In this document: one piece after another, positions 1-10,331 of the stretch
Layout: the number at the start of each line of letters is the position of its first letter
How positions within the stretch are numbered: position 1 is the first letter of the stretch
Sequence record: PP328843.1
Length of the DNA stretch: 64,000 nt
Direction: 5' to 3' (one strand)
Origin: Escherichia phage 215Ecol030PP
The notes under the pieces: model-generated
Database searches by the model: none
What the model saw: the letters and a program-made list of their open reading frames with translations, nothing else
Told to the model about the DNA's origin: nothing
Translations under genes and position numbers: made by a program

Positions 1-465
1 AATAACTCGGCAGCGTGACTGAAGCGGTTTAATAATACCATCAATATTGTTAGCAGTAATAATAATACTACAGTTTGAACTATAAGCTTCCATAAAGGAA
101 CGAAGATGTCGCTGAGACTCTGCTAGCCCTGAACGGTCAAATTCATCAATAACGATTACTTTTTGACGACCATCAAATGAAGCTGCACTGGCAAAATTAG
201 TCAAAGGACCGCGAACGAAATCAATTTTACAATCTGATCCATTCACAAACATCATATCAGCATTTACATCATGACACAATGCTTTTGCTACAGTTGTTTT
301 ACCTGTTCCTGGAGAAGGAGAATGAAGAATAATATGTGGAATCTTACCTTTACTTGTAATAGATTTAAAGGTTTCTTTATCAAAGGCGGGAAGAATACAT
401 TCATCGATAGTAGATGGACGATATTTCTGTTCAAGAATGTGTTCTTTTTCATTTACGGTAATCAT
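1..465 (-). CDS. 44: clamp loader large subunit gp44, N-terminal part (gene runs off the window start)
   Basis: Reverse-strand translation from ATG (463..465) reads MITVNEKEHILEQKYRPSTIDE...GTGKTT (Walker A)...IDEFD (Walker B); matches remembered T4 gp44 N-terminus. Confidence 0.85.
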   Translation of the reverse strand, partial: MITVNEKEHILEQKYRPSTIDECILPAFDKETFKSITSKGKIPHIILHSPSPGTGKTTVAKALCHDVNADMMFVNGSDCKIDFVRGPLTNFASAASFDGRQKVIVIDEFDRSGLAESQRHLRSFMEAYSSNCSIIITANNIDGIIKPLQSRCRVI

Positions 466-500
466 AATTTCCTCATTCAAGTTTTAGTGTAAATTATAAA

Positions 501-512
501 GGGCCGAAGCCC
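501..512 (-). promoter_or_regulatory. C(UUCG)G tetraloop hairpin between genes 45 and 44
   Basis: GGGCcgaaGCCC on plus strand gives GGGC-UUCG-GCCC on the minus-strand RNA, directly after the gene 45 stop. Confidence 0.6.
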
Positions 513-516
513 TCTA

Positions 517-1203
517 TTAAAAATCGTGGGTAGAATCAGCTTCAAGAGCTACTACATAATTCGCGTGTTCACCTTCAAATTTAGCAGCGCCTTGTTTACC
601 TTTTGCCCAGAGCAGAAGTTTATAATTTCCTGGTTGCATTTTCATATTTGCCATATTGATAATGAAATTAAATGTATTTTCACCATCATAATCACCAAGA
701 GTCAAAGAATATTTAACACGGGTCAGAGCAGAATCTTCTACTTTATTAAAACCGTTAATTACGATTTTACCTTCTTTTACCGTGATAGCAATTGTATCAA
801 TTTGCAGACCACGAGATACACGCAACAGTTGTTGAAGGTCTTCAGCTTTAATTTCAGTAACAACAGATGCTATCGGGAATGGAATTGGTTTATTAGGAGC
901 AACTACTGTACTCGGATCGGCTGCTGGCCAAAAAATTGTTGAGCGAGCATCAGCAATTTTAATATTACCATCTTCTGACTGGGAAATTTCTGCATCATCA
1001 TTAACTAAAGACAGAATACCGAGAAAACCGTTCAAATCGTAAATCGCTACATCAAAATCAATAACGTCAGAAATATTTGCTTCCGCATAAGTTGTACCAT
1101 TAACTGCGCGAGTCATAATAAATTGACCGGATTTAAGCATAATACCGGAGTTAATAGTAGCGAAATTTTTCAAAATATTCAGTGTATCTTTAGACAGTTT
1201 CAT
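517..1203 (-). CDS. 45: DNA polymerase sliding clamp gp45
   Basis: 228-aa ORF, MKLSKDTLNILKNFATINSGIMLKSGQFIMTRA...; length and sequence match T4 gp45. Confidence 0.9.
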   Translation of the reverse strand: MKLSKDTLNILKNFATINSGIMLKSGQFIMTRAVNGTTYAEANISDVIDFDVAIYDLNGFLGILSLVNDDAEISQSEDGNIKIADARSTIFWPAADPSTVVAPNKPIPFPIASVVTEIKAEDLQQLLRVSRGLQIDTIAITVKEGKIVINGFNKVEDSALTRVKYSLTLGDYDGENTFNFIINMANMKMQPGNYKLLLWAKGKQGAAKFEGEHANYVVALEADSTHDF

Positions 1204-1232
1204 GTAATTTCCTTCAATTCAAATGAGATTTA

Positions 1233-1258
1233 ATTTTATAACTAATTTAATAAAGCAA
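1233..1258 (-). promoter_or_regulatory. candidate MotA-dependent middle promoter for gene 45
   Basis: Minus-strand TTGCTTTA (MotA-box-like) followed about 10 nt later by TATAAAAT, about 30 nt upstream of the gene 45 ATG. Confidence 0.4.
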
Positions 1259-1648
1259 TTAACGATTAAAATCAGCCGCAATTGTTTCCGCAACAATTTG
1301 TGCAGCAACAATTAGACGTTCATCTGCATTACCGCAATAATCATCTTCAAGGCGTTCACCACATGAAGTCATAATAAATTTAGCACCGGCGTTTAGGGAT
1401 TCTGCAGTATGTTTGCGCATTAGTTCAATCCATTTATTACTTACTTCACGATCGATAGCTTCATAATACGCATGACGAGCAGGTGCAGATTTAATTTTGT
1501 TCTGAATAACTTCCATTGCGTTATCAGAAAGAGACAAAACCCATGCTCGACGAATTTTATTTTGGTTTTGTGGATTTGATTCAGAACGCACGTGTTTTGG
1601 CTGAATATCTTTTACGTCAACAGTATAATTCACAGTAATTTTAGTCAT
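1259..1648 (-). CDS. rpbA: RNA polymerase-binding protein RpbA
   Basis: 129-aa ORF in the T4 position between 46 and 45; length matches T4 RpbA. Confidence 0.7.
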   Translation of the reverse strand: MTKITVNYTVDVKDIQPKHVRSESNPQNQNKIRRAWVLSLSDNAMEVIQNKIKSAPARHAYYEAIDREVSNKWIELMRKHTAESLNAGAKFIMTSCGERLEDDYCGNADERLIVAAQIVAETIAADFNR

Positions 1649-1657
1649 AATACACCT

Positions 1658-1846
1658 TTAGTCATAATAATCAGTAACAGTCCAAGCTTCATTTCTATTG
1701 GACATTATTTTTGTATATTCTGCTTTAAATGCATTCTTAAGCATAAATTCAGTAACTATATGCTCTTCATTAGAAAAATTATTTCTCAGAATATATCGTT
1801 TTATTTCAGGAATAGTTAATAGATGCTGTCCAGTTGAATATTCCAT
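1658..1846 (-). CDS. hypothetical small protein (62 aa)
   Basis: ORF in co-directional gene series between 46 and rpbA. Confidence 0.5.
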   Translation of the reverse strand: MEYSTGQHLLTIPEIKRYILRNNFSNEEHIVTEFMLKNAFKAEYTKIMSNRNEAWTVTDYYD

Positions 1847-1901
1847 GTTTTTCCTCCATAGAGATTATACTCTAATAAATTAAAGCATAATCTCTTATAA
1901 A

Positions 1902-3584
1902 TTAAACCATTACAGTAAATCGACCAACTTTCTTCATTTGAAGATGCTGACCATATTCTTGTGGGTCATGGTCTTTATGCGAAATTATAAAAACGTTAGT
2001 GTTTTTCATTGAATTTATAATATTAGCTACACCTTTAATACCTTCGGCATCAAATGACCCATCAAACACTTCATCAAGAATTAATGTACTAATACTAACA
2101 CCAGATACGATAGAAGCAATATCACGCCAAGTAAATAAAAGAGCAATATCAATTCTTGCTTTTTCACCTTCACTAAATGAAGCATAACTAAAATCTTCAC
2201 GACCACGGGATTTAATTGTCTCATTAAATTCTTCATCTAATGTAAACACATAATCCGCTTCCATTATTTTAAGATAATGGTTAATCTGCTTATTAAATAA
2301 TGGAATGTACTTTTTAATAATAGCACCTTTAATACCAGAATCTTTGAGCATATCAGTCAAAATTCCTCGGTGGTATTTTTCCATTACTAAATTAGTTTTT
2401 GTCTTAACAATTTTATCAAGTTCTTCTTGAAGCAGTGCTATTTCATCAGCATGGTCAATAAACTCAGAAGATGCTTTTTCTATAGCCGCTTTAACCTTTT
2501 TGGCTTTATCTACCGTCGTGATTAGAGATTGCTTTTTATTGCGAATATCATTTGCCAACGACTGTTGGGTTTTAATATTATCTCGGTATTCATCAACAAG
2601 AACTTTTAAATTATCACGGTGTGTTGAAAGCTGTTCAAACGAATGCGTGCATTCAGAAACTTTATCTTTAATTTTAGAAACAACTTTATCACCGGAACTT
2701 AATTGTGACAAACAGGTTGGACATAATCCACCTTCGTGATACATATTAATGACTTTATTATACGAGTCAATTTTTGATTTAATTAAAAATGCTTCTTGGC
2801 CGATTTTATTAAATGCATCAGTCGGGTCTTCATCCAAAACAATATTAACTAATCTTTCATTAGCTTCTTCTATTTCCGATTTTAGCGTTCTAGCTTCTTT
2901 TGCCAAATCATCATACATATTTTGAAGACGAGTAAGGTTGTCACCCGTTAATTTTTTCTGGCGTTCAACGTTATCATTATATATTTTAATTTGTTGGATA
3001 ATACTATCTTTTTTAACATCAAGCACTTGGTTCTGCGAATTTAATTCGCGTATTAGTGCTTTATTAAGCTTATCCATTTCAGCTAATGTTCCTACCTCAA
3101 GCAGGTCTTCCACAAGCTTTCTTCGCGCAGGGGTCGACAAACCCATGAAAGGGGTATACCCTGCTGTACCAAGGACAACAATCTGCTTGAAACTGGCATA
3201 TGACATTCCGATAAGCTGTTCAAATTCTGCTTGGAAATCTTTACTGCTGGCAGATTCATTAAGACGTGTACCGTTAACGGTGATTTCGAAAACGTTTGGT
3301 TTTTGTCCTCTTTTGATATAATACTTTTTCTCATCATATTCCATCCACAGTTCAACTAAAAGTTCTTTCTTATTTGTGCTGTTTATTAATTGGCCTTTCT
3401 TTACATCACGAAATGGCTTGCCAAAAAGCCCAAATGTGATGGCTTCTAGCATAGTAGACTTACCACCGCCATTTCGTCCAGTAATAAGAGTTTTTTGAAC
3501 CTTATCTAATTGAATGTCAATCCCATTTTGACCAACTGACATTATATTTTTATATTTTACTCTATTAAGTTTAAAATTCTTCAC
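1902..3584 (-). CDS. 46: recombination endonuclease subunit gp46 (Rad50/SbcC-like ATPase)
   Basis: 560-aa ORF; N-terminal Walker A GRNGGGKST, long central coiled coil, C-terminal LILDEVFDGSFD signature/Walker B region; length equals T4 gp46. Confidence 0.9.
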   Translation of the reverse strand: MKNFKLNRVKYKNIMSVGQNGIDIQLDKVQKTLITGRNGGGKSTMLEAITFGLFGKPFRDVKKGQLINSTNKKELLVELWMEYDEKKYYIKRGQKPNVFEITVNGTRLNESASSKDFQAEFEQLIGMSYASFKQIVVLGTAGYTPFMGLSTPARRKLVEDLLEVGTLAEMDKLNKALIRELNSQNQVLDVKKDSIIQQIKIYNDNVERQKKLTGDNLTRLQNMYDDLAKEARTLKSEIEEANERLVNIVLDEDPTDAFNKIGQEAFLIKSKIDSYNKVINMYHEGGLCPTCLSQLSSGDKVVSKIKDKVSECTHSFEQLSTHRDNLKVLVDEYRDNIKTQQSLANDIRNKKQSLITTVDKAKKVKAAIEKASSEFIDHADEIALLQEELDKIVKTKTNLVMEKYHRGILTDMLKDSGIKGAIIKKYIPLFNKQINHYLKIMEADYVFTLDEEFNETIKSRGREDFSYASFSEGEKARIDIALLFTWRDIASIVSGVSISTLILDEVFDGSFDAEGIKGVANIINSMKNTNVFIISHKDHDPQEYGQHLQMKKVGRFTVMV

Positions 3585-3844
3585 AAAAGATTCCTTTTAA
3601 TGTATCTTTTAGACCATTCTATCATATCATCATAATCTAAAAAGTATTCATCAAATTCAGCCATGCAAACAACACCTTGTGCTGCTTTTGATGTGATATA
3701 AATTATTCCAACATATCTAGAATCTTCTTCGGTATAATCAATGTTTGCTATGAATTCATCATTAATGTCAAATGTCGAAAACTTCACAGTATGCATCCTT
3801 AATACAAGATACGGCCATATCTCGCAATGATTTAGGTGTGTCAT
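3581..3844 (-). CDS. hypothetical protein (46.1-like position); true start may be internal
   Basis: 87-aa ORF overlapping the next ORF by 77 nt; an internal Met would give about 71 aa. Confidence 0.45.
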   Translation of the reverse strand: MTHLNHCEIWPYLVLRMHTVKFSTFDINDEFIANIDYTEEDSRYVGIIYITSKAAQGVVCMAEFDEYFLDYDDMIEWSKRYIKRNLL

Positions 3845-4031
3845 TATCTAAAATGTTGAAGTTAAAAGATACAGCCCAGTCAGTGCAGACCGTGACCTTT
3901 TTAATACAATTATCTTCAACCTCTAGCGGTTCAAACCAATATTCAATAATTTCTTTATGCCCAATATCATCTTTTACTTCGCATTCAAAATGCTGACTCA
4001 TCATAACATTTTTAAATTCATCAAAAGTCAT
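3768..4031 (-). CDS. hypothetical protein (46.2-like position)
   Basis: 87-aa ORF translationally coupled to gene 47 stop. Confidence 0.5.
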   Translation of the reverse strand: MTFDEFKNVMMSQHFECEVKDDIGHKEIIEYWFEPLEVEDNCIKKVTVCTDWAVSFNFNILDNDTPKSLRDMAVSCIKDAYCEVFDI

Positions 4032-5047
4032 TGTGTTGCCTCTACATATAGCTGATTTGCATATTGAATAAGTGCTTCGCGATCAGAATCAGTGATGTCT
4101 GGAATTGCATTAATATACTCTTCCATTAATGTCTGAAGCGATTGAACTTCAACTTCTTCACTGTCATCTGACTCGACAGAGTTATCAATCTTTGACACAA
4201 CTCGTAATGAATGCACAACTTTTTCTAGTTCAGATTCGAACTTCGTTAGATTTTTGTCTACTTCAGTTACTATAACACGTACTGATAGATTTGTAAAATC
4301 TTTATAGTCAATTTTTCCTTTAAATGGATAATGAATTCTACGATGCCAAGTAGTGTTGTTTGGAATAAATTCCATTCGTTCTGTTTCTGTATCAAACATC
4401 CAGAACCCACGAGGGTCATTCTCGTCACCTGCAGTTAGTGTCCATGGTGTCCCAATATATCTGACGTTAGCAGCCTCAGAGATAGTATGGAAGTGACCAG
4501 ACCACACTTCTTTATAAGTCTTAAGGAAATCAGGTTCAAGACCGTGAGATTTCATTCCTTTATAAAAATAAAATCCATTCAGTTCCCAGTGACCAACACA
4601 AAAAGAAGCAGATGAAGTTTTGATATGCTCAAGAATTTCACCAGTATTTTCTTCACACATCCAAGGAATTAAATCAATTAAACATCCGTCAAAATCTACT
4701 GTAGTAGGCTTATCATATACTTTAACATTAGGATATTTAGCCAAAAGCTCAGTAGAGGCATTTGGAGTTAAAGTATTTTTAAAGTGCATATCATGGTTTC
4801 CTACAACAGTATGTAGGGTAATACCAGCATCATCAAGCATTTGAACTATTTCACGAGCGAACTCCATAGTTTTATGCGTGATTGCTTTTCGCACATCAAA
4901 AATATCACCATATTGAATCCATACAGTAATTCCATTTTTCTTAGAATATTCTATCGCTTGCTTAATTCCATCAATTTGAATACCGCGAATCCACTCATCA
5001 TCAGCTTTAACGCCTAAATGCCAATCACCTAAATTTAAAATTTTCAT
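4028..5047 (-). CDS. 47: recombination endonuclease subunit gp47 (Mre11/SbcD-like phosphoesterase)
   Basis: 339-aa ORF with calcineurin-like motifs (GDWH, GDIFD, GNHD, GHWE, GHFH); length equals T4 gp47. Confidence 0.9.
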   Translation of the reverse strand: MKILNLGDWHLGVKADDEWIRGIQIDGIKQAIEYSKKNGITVWIQYGDIFDVRKAITHKTMEFAREIVQMLDDAGITLHTVVGNHDMHFKNTLTPNASTELLAKYPNVKVYDKPTTVDFDGCLIDLIPWMCEENTGEILEHIKTSSASFCVGHWELNGFYFYKGMKSHGLEPDFLKTYKEVWSGHFHTISEAANVRYIGTPWTLTAGDENDPRGFWMFDTETERMEFIPNNTTWHRRIHYPFKGKIDYKDFTNLSVRVIVTEVDKNLTKFESELEKVVHSLRVVSKIDNSVESDDSEEVEVQSLQTLMEEYINAIPDITDSDREALIQYANQLYVEATQ

Positions 5048-5207
5048 ATATCAAGAACCGTCATTGAAATGCAAAATAAAATTATTGAAATAAATTCATC
5101 TGGAGTACTAAAGAACCCAATCCAACACGCTCTGGTGAATAGATAAAATGCAAGAAAAAGTATCACATATCCAAGAAATATCATTATATCAAACTCCGCA
5201 TAAAGCT

Positions 5208-5225
5208 AAAGGGCCGAAGCCCTTT
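5208..5225 (-). promoter_or_regulatory. C(UUCG)G hairpin downstream of a-gt
   Basis: AAAGGGCcgaaGCCCTTT palindrome with UUCG loop on the transcribed strand. Confidence 0.6.
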
Positions 5226-6426
5226 ATTTTGTAATAATGTCAAACTGTTCTTTAAAGCAGAAGCTTGAATCTTGATGCTGATACAAAAATTCATATGCTT
5301 TTTCTCGCTCACGGTCATAAAGAGCTCGGTCAGATGACAGTTCTTTAATACGCTCGAATGTTGATTCCATGTCATTTTCATCAAACCAAACGATACCGCT
5401 ATCATGAGAAATTAATGGAGTGTTATCAACACGGAATTTTAAATTTTCGCCTGTAGATTTCCAAAATACCGGAATTGTTCCACATGCACCAAGCTCGAGA
5501 TGAGTATATTCTAAAGAACGTTGTAGATATTTTTTATCTAATTTACTCAGCTGATAACCAAATCCGGATTTACTCATGCGTTCAAGCATTTCGCTATTTA
5601 CATAACGATCGAGAATTTGCGTTGGCAAATTAGGAGCAATTTTAATTTGGTCTACTTGATGAAGACGATAATACTCGTATGGAATTCCTTTTTCTTTAAT
5701 AGGAATGAACGCTGGAGAACGTTCCAGACCTTCCATAATAGTACTCAATCCCGCAGGTTTAAGATGTTTTTCATGAAAATCAAACATCTGATAAAAGCCT
5801 TTCCATGTAGTAGTACGACCAATCCAACGGTTGATATTCATGTTAATTTCAGAAACATCTTTCCAGTAGGTTGATCGAACCTTCGCAATATCCATAGGAG
5901 GCTGAAAGTTATATACGGTCGGTGCTTCTTCAATATCATCAAACAAAGAAACAGTTTCCGGATACCATTCTTTCATTAAAACTTTATTAAAATCACCATT
6001 ATCAGAATGGCTAAAAATAACATCAGCTCGACGAACAGTTTCTTCTAATCCCAAATTTCGACGCAAAGAAAGAGAAGAATGGTCATGCTGATAAACTACA
6101 ACACGAACCGAAGGTTTAATGTTATCAATAATTTTTTTATAGTTATTAATAGTGTCTTCTTCGACTGAAGTAGCAGGAACTGAATTGATAACTAGAATAT
6201 CACAATCATTTACCAGCTTAAGTGTTTTATCGTATTCTTTTGCCAATAAAACCGGAATTGAAAATGATTTATAATCATGCGCGCAATTACGGGTAAATGA
6301 TTTATCTTTAGCATAAACCAAAGTTACTTCATGACCATTTTTAATAAACCAATCACGCTGCTCGAGTGAGAATTTTGTTACACCACAACCTTCAAGACCC
6401 CGAGCCATAAAAATGCAAATACGCAT
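5224..6426 (-). CDS. a-gt: DNA alpha-glucosyltransferase
   Basis: ORF beginning (internal Met) MRICIFMARGLEGCGVTKFSLEQRDWFIKNGHEVTLVYAKDK, matching T4 a-gt N-terminus; about 400 aa. Confidence 0.85.
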   Translation of the reverse strand: MRICIFMARGLEGCGVTKFSLEQRDWFIKNGHEVTLVYAKDKSFTRNCAHDYKSFSIPVLLAKEYDKTLKLVNDCDILVINSVPATSVEEDTINNYKKIIDNIKPSVRVVVYQHDHSSLSLRRNLGLEETVRRADVIFSHSDNGDFNKVLMKEWYPETVSLFDDIEEAPTVYNFQPPMDIAKVRSTYWKDVSEINMNINRWIGRTTTWKGFYQMFDFHEKHLKPAGLSTIMEGLERSPAFIPIKEKGIPYEYYRLHQVDQIKIAPNLPTQILDRYVNSEMLERMSKSGFGYQLSKLDKKYLQRSLEYTHLELGACGTIPVFWKSTGENLKFRVDNTPLISHDSGIVWFDENDMESTFERIKELSSDRALYDREREKAYEFLYQHQDSSFCFKEQFDIITK

Positions 6427-6484
6427 AGTTTTCCTCTTTTCATTCAATAAATCATGTAAATAATATTTTATTTTCTATAAAACG

Positions 6485-7279
6485 CTACGAATAGGCCCAA
6501 ACATATCCATAAGCAATTTTGCTTTTTCCAGATATGCACTTTTTAATATTAGACATGCATCCTTTAACGGATACAGCTGCGTCTTTAATTTTAGGAAATA
6601 CTCGTAATAATTTTCCAGTAGTATCATATTGAAATACTGGCACATTTCTTTTCTGAGTTATCCCACGTTTAGATTTAGACATTTTTTGTTTAGTTGCATT
6701 AGACATCCTAGAGGGCTTTCCTATGTTATCAGAATAATAATATTTCCATTGAAATCCTCCAGCGGTTTTCCTTTTCCCATCTACACATTGTTTAATTGAA
6801 CTTGAACAGCTATATGACATATCTTCTGCAGCATCTGTAATACATCTATATTTGCGAATAAAATTTCCATTTAAATCATATTGATAAATTGGTTTTCCAG
6901 CATTTCGTCTAGCGTTAGACATGTATTTTTTATTATCATCATCTTTCCAGAACTCTTTCATGCCTTCCGATATTGAGGAAGATACGGCTGTTTTAATCCA
7001 TCCATACATTTTATTATTTAGTCTTGTTCCGTCAGAACTATAACACATCATACGAATAGCTAAAGCCAATTTAGGAAGTCTATAAATTTTAAATAATAAT
7101 AAATGCGCGGTAAAATGTTCTTCTGGTGTCAAAAGAACTAAATTAGTTTTATCATCTGTACCACCCATACATCTAGGAATTATATGATGAGTTTCAGTAT
7201 AGTATGTCAAAAGACTTTTATCATTGCCTCTGTTTAGTCCTTTTTCGATCAGTAAATTATATATGTTTAAATAATTCAT
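6485..7279 (-). mobile_element. freestanding HNH homing endonuclease gene (Mob family, mobB-like position) with tandem C-terminal DNA-binding repeats
   Basis: 264-aa ORF: MNYLNIYNLLIEK..., HNH core HHIIPRCMGGTDDKTNLVLLTPEEHFTAH, two C-terminal repeats (IYQYDLNGNFIRKYRCITDAA... / VFQYDTTGKLLRVFPKIKDAA...) typical of intron-encoded-nuclease DNA-binding modules. Confidence 0.8.
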
Positions 7280-7312
7280 TTTAATTATTTTACCAAAAAT
7301 TTATAAAGCAAT

Positions 7313-7332
7313 ATAGGAGCCGAAGCTCCTAT
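7313..7332 (-). promoter_or_regulatory. C(UUCG)G hairpin
   Basis: ATAGGAGCcgaaGCTCCTAT palindrome. Confidence 0.55.
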
Positions 7333-7502
7333 CCACATAATACGCCATATAGAGGCTCATTTGAACTTTTAAATCGAATGGGCTTGTACGTAATAGTTCC
7401 TTCGGCTTTAGCTTTATCATAAGACTCTTTAAAACGTCTCATTCTTTCTGCTTTGCCTTTACGGATTTTATCGAAATTTTCAGAAGTCTGGATGTTCATC
7501 TT

Positions 7503-7709
7503 TCACAGTTGCCACCATTTTTTGACTTGATAAGAATCAACCCACACTTTCATATTAGGGTCTGCTCTTATAATAGGAGGATTAACTTCTTTAATTGAAC
7601 TATCATGGTATTCTTTTTCAGAAATTTTCACACAAAGATGACCGTTCAAAGATTCAGTAAATCCTGCATTAATTTTAAGACGCTTGAATTTTACGTGTGT
7701 AAGCATCAA
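7503..7709 (-). CDS. hypothetical small protein (68 aa)
   Basis: ORF in a-gt/55 intergenic gene block. Confidence 0.45.
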   Translation of the reverse strand: MMLTHVKFKRLKINAGFTESLNGHLCVKISEKEYHDSSIKEVNPPIIRADPNMKVWVDSYQVKKWWQL

Positions 7710-7992
7710 TCATATCCTCAATCTGTGATCTAGTAGTCTTCCAAAGAATACTAATGAGTTCATCGTTATATGGCTGTTTTAGAATATCCCGACTTTTCTT
7801 GATAGCATATTCGTATTGAGCAAAATTATTGTTTTCAGCTGCAATCTGAGCGTGCTTATAAAGACGATTCAGTTCGCGTTTGTTTTTAGACAATAACTTA
7901 TTTGCTTTTCTTTCTGCTTCAAGACGGTTCTTTTCTTCAATAGAAGAAATAAGCTTTTCCACTTCATCATTGATTTCGGGTTTATCAGTCAT
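7675..7992 (-). CDS. hypothetical protein (105 aa)
   Basis: ORF with charged coiled-coil-like composition. Confidence 0.5.
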   Translation of the reverse strand: MTDKPEINDEVEKLISSIEEKNRLEAERKANKLLSKNKRELNRLYKHAQIAAENNNFAQYEYAIKKSRDILKQPYNDELISILWKTTRSQIEDMIDAYTRKIQAS

Positions 7993-7993
7993 A

Positions 7994-8212
7994 TTATTTC
8001 TCTAATATAAAATAAAAATCATCATCTGTTAAATGATACCGATAGTTTAATTCTACACCATTAGATTTAAAAGCGGTATCATATGGATTTTCTGGATCAA
8101 TATCAATGTCAAGAGCTAAAACTTCCCTGAGATACATTTTAAGTAAATAGGGAATAGCTTCAACTTCAGGTATTTCTTCCAAGAATCCGGAGAGGTTAAT
8201 CGTTAGCCTCAT
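7994..8212 (-). CDS. hypothetical small protein (72 aa)
   Basis: ORF immediately downstream of gene 55. Confidence 0.5.
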
Positions 8213-8753
8213 ATAAAAAATCCAAACTAGGAGAATCGTCTACAACACTTTTCTTTTCAGCCCCCGGTGTTCTATAGGTTGATTCTTCGTAATGCGTCAT
8301 TTTATCGTAGATGTCTTGAATAAAAGTTTCATCTACTAACGCAACCATATCGTCGTCACGGCTGTCATAGACATTGTGAACGAAGTAACTATATTTCTTT
8401 GCAACTTCCTTACGTTCTTTTTTAATACGTTGGACGAATGCATTAAAACAAGCTTGAGTTATATACGCATGTGGGTTTTTATATTTCGTTTCATCAAAAT
8501 TATGAAGCCCCTTAATAGAAGCTTCTATACCATCTGCAATCATTTCTTGTTTCCAAGACTGGGTGTATCCTGAAAAGTTGAAACGTTTAGATAAGCCTTC
8601 TGCAATAAGCATAATGGCTAATCCGATAGTATCATTCTGACGAACTACTTTATTTGGGTCTTTATTATTTGCTAATTCTGTTTTCCAATCAATAATAGCT
8701 TGTAAAAGCTCTTTATTGTTTACGTAATTATATTTAGGCTTAGTTTCTGACAT
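8196..8753 (-). CDS. 55: late-transcription sigma factor gp55
   Basis: ORF (start at second Met) [24 protein letters not shown]..., about 185 aa, matching T4 gp55. Confidence 0.9.
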
Positions 8754-8831
8754 TTTCACCTCTTAGCTCAATTCATAGATCTATTATATCATAACATTTG
8801 AAGATCTATCTTAAAGCATAGAGGATATCAG

Positions 8832-9101
8832 TTATCTAAGTAAGCAGTATGCTTGGAATACTTTCTCCATCATCTTTTTAAATTCATGAATATCTATATA
8901 ATGACTAGTTAGATCAGCATGATATAAAAAGTCTAAAAACTTTTCATGTGTGCTAACATATTCGCTTTCATTTAATTCAGAAACATGGCTTTCCCAATAT
9001 CCAACACCAGTCTTATTTGGGAAAAATGAAATTTTCATGTATTGGTCAACATAGAAAATGCCATAATTTTCAATAGTAATAGAAATATTAATAAATTTCA
9101 T
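8832..9101 (-). CDS. hypothetical protein (89 aa)
   Basis: ORF upstream of 55 in co-directional series. Confidence 0.5.
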   Translation of the reverse strand: MKFINISITIENYGIFYVDQYMKISFFPNKTGVGYWESHVSELNESEYVSTHEKFLDFLYHADLTSHYIDIHEFKKMMEKVFQAYCLLR

Positions 9102-9313
9102 ACATTCATCAACTTAGCCGCTTCAAGAGCTGCATCTAGTGAATCAAATTGGTCAACGTATTCAATCAATTCGCCATAATTGGCATATAACCACCATTGG
9201 CTAAATTCATACTCAAGGATGAATCCGTTTCCTTCAATTTGAGTTAAACCAATGCCATTTGTATTTACTTCATATCCAGCAAGACGCAAATCGTTAATAA
9301 GAGCTTCGTTCAT
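9098..9313 (-). CDS. hypothetical small protein (71 aa)
   Basis: ORF, start overlaps upstream stop. Confidence 0.5.
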   Translation of the reverse strand: MNEALINDLRLAGYEVNTNGIGLTQIEGNGFILEYEFSQWWLYANYGELIEYVDQFDSLDAALEAAKLMNV

Positions 9314-9315
9314 AA

Positions 9316-9642
9316 TTATGCCTTAGTAATTTTCAGGTCAGCAAATTTTTTCTTGCGTTGATTTTTCATGCGACGAATAGTTTTATCGGAAATTTCATGC
9401 TTTTGATAAGCTTTAGATTCTACACCAAAAGCTTTAACATCAAATTCTGACAAGATATATTGAACCAACAATTCACGGACAGTATTGCGTCCAATCTTCT
9501 GATCATTCTGTTTCATCGTCTGATGAAGCTCTTTTTCCCATTTATCCAAAATTTGAGGAGTTACAATATCGCCTTTTTCTAGCAAAGAAACTACTTTATC
9601 ATATGCGTAAGAATTAATGACGTTTTTAATTTGAATAGTCAT
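9316..9642 (-). CDS. hypothetical protein (108 aa), basic C-terminus
   Basis: ORF with RBS; lysine/arginine-rich tail. Confidence 0.5.
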   Translation of the reverse strand: MTIQIKNVINSYAYDKVVSLLEKGDIVTPQILDKWEKELHQTMKQNDQKIGRNTVRELLVQYILSEFDVKAFGVESKAYQKHEISDKTIRRMKNQRKKKFADLKITKA

Positions 9643-9680
9643 ACATTATCCTCAATTACGTTAAAATTTTATTATCCAAA

Positions 9681-9696
9681 AAGGGCCGAAGCCCTT
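9681..9696 (-). promoter_or_regulatory. C(UUCG)G hairpin
   Basis: AAGGGCcgaaGCCCTT palindrome. Confidence 0.55.
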
Positions 9697-9895
9697 AGCT
9701 AAACTTTTTGGCACCCTTCCAGCCTTCGTACATCATTGCGACTGACAATGACAAAGCTCCTTCACATGCTGCATACTTATTATTCCAGAACCAATTTAGA
9801 AAAACTTCATCCTCAATACCATTGTGTTTCATGTTCTGGAAAAATTTGGCGCGTTCTTCAGCAATTCGCTGCGATAATTTAGATTCAGGATTCAT
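9695..9895 (-). CDS. hypothetical small protein (66 aa)
   Basis: ORF. Confidence 0.45.
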   Translation of the reverse strand: MNPESKLSQRIAEERAKFFQNMKHNGIEDEVFLNWFWNNKYAACEGALSLSVAMMYEGWKGAKKFS

Positions 9896-10114
9896 TTAAA
9901 TTTCCCACCAATTGCCATTTTCATCAATGAATTTAATCCAGTCATTTACTGACCACTTAGTTGTATCGCCTTTTGGAGTAACATTTAAAGTGTATAACCC
10001 TTGCTTAAAAAGCATTCGTTTGATATTCATATTTTCCTCAGCTGTAACGATAGCACTCGTTTGATTTACGTTTAGCAACTCGTTGAGAAGTATTATAATC
10101 AAAATCATCATCAA
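9896..10114 (-). CDS. hypothetical small protein (72 aa)
   Basis: ORF. Confidence 0.45.
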   Translation of the reverse strand: MMMILIIILLNELLNVNQTSAIVTAEENMNIKRMLFKQGLYTLNVTPKGDTTKWSVNDWIKFIDENGNWWEI

Positions 10115-10331
10115 TGTAAACTGATTTTTTCAACTTTCTTACTTCACTACGTAATTGACGATTTAGCTCATCTTTAACTTCTGAATCAATACCTTTCATT
10201 CTACGCCATTTATCTGAGCGAAAAATGTTTTCAACCATATCTTTATGACTTACACCATCAGGAGCTTTACGCTTTCCGAAATAGTCATAATCACGCACTT
10301 TTAAGTCTTTACGACGATACGTTTTACCCAT
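10038..10331 (-). CDS. hypothetical basic protein (about 97 aa from internal Met)
   Basis: ORF MGKTYRRKDLKVRDYDYFGKRK..., highly basic. Confidence 0.45.
   Translation of the reverse strand: MGKTYRRKDLKVRDYDYFGKRKAPDGVSHKDMVENIFRSDKWRRMKGIDSEVKDELNRQLRSEVRKLKKSVYIDDDFDYNTSQRVAKRKSNECYRYS

Noticed and set aside
271-492. Plus-strand ORFs from the six-frame track lying inside minus-strand genes (e.g. 271..492, 526..942, 1592..1819, 2938..3321, 4620..4844)
   Set aside because: They are antisense to well-supported T4-homologous genes (44, 45, 46, 47), lack ribosome-binding sites and have low-complexity AT-rich translations.
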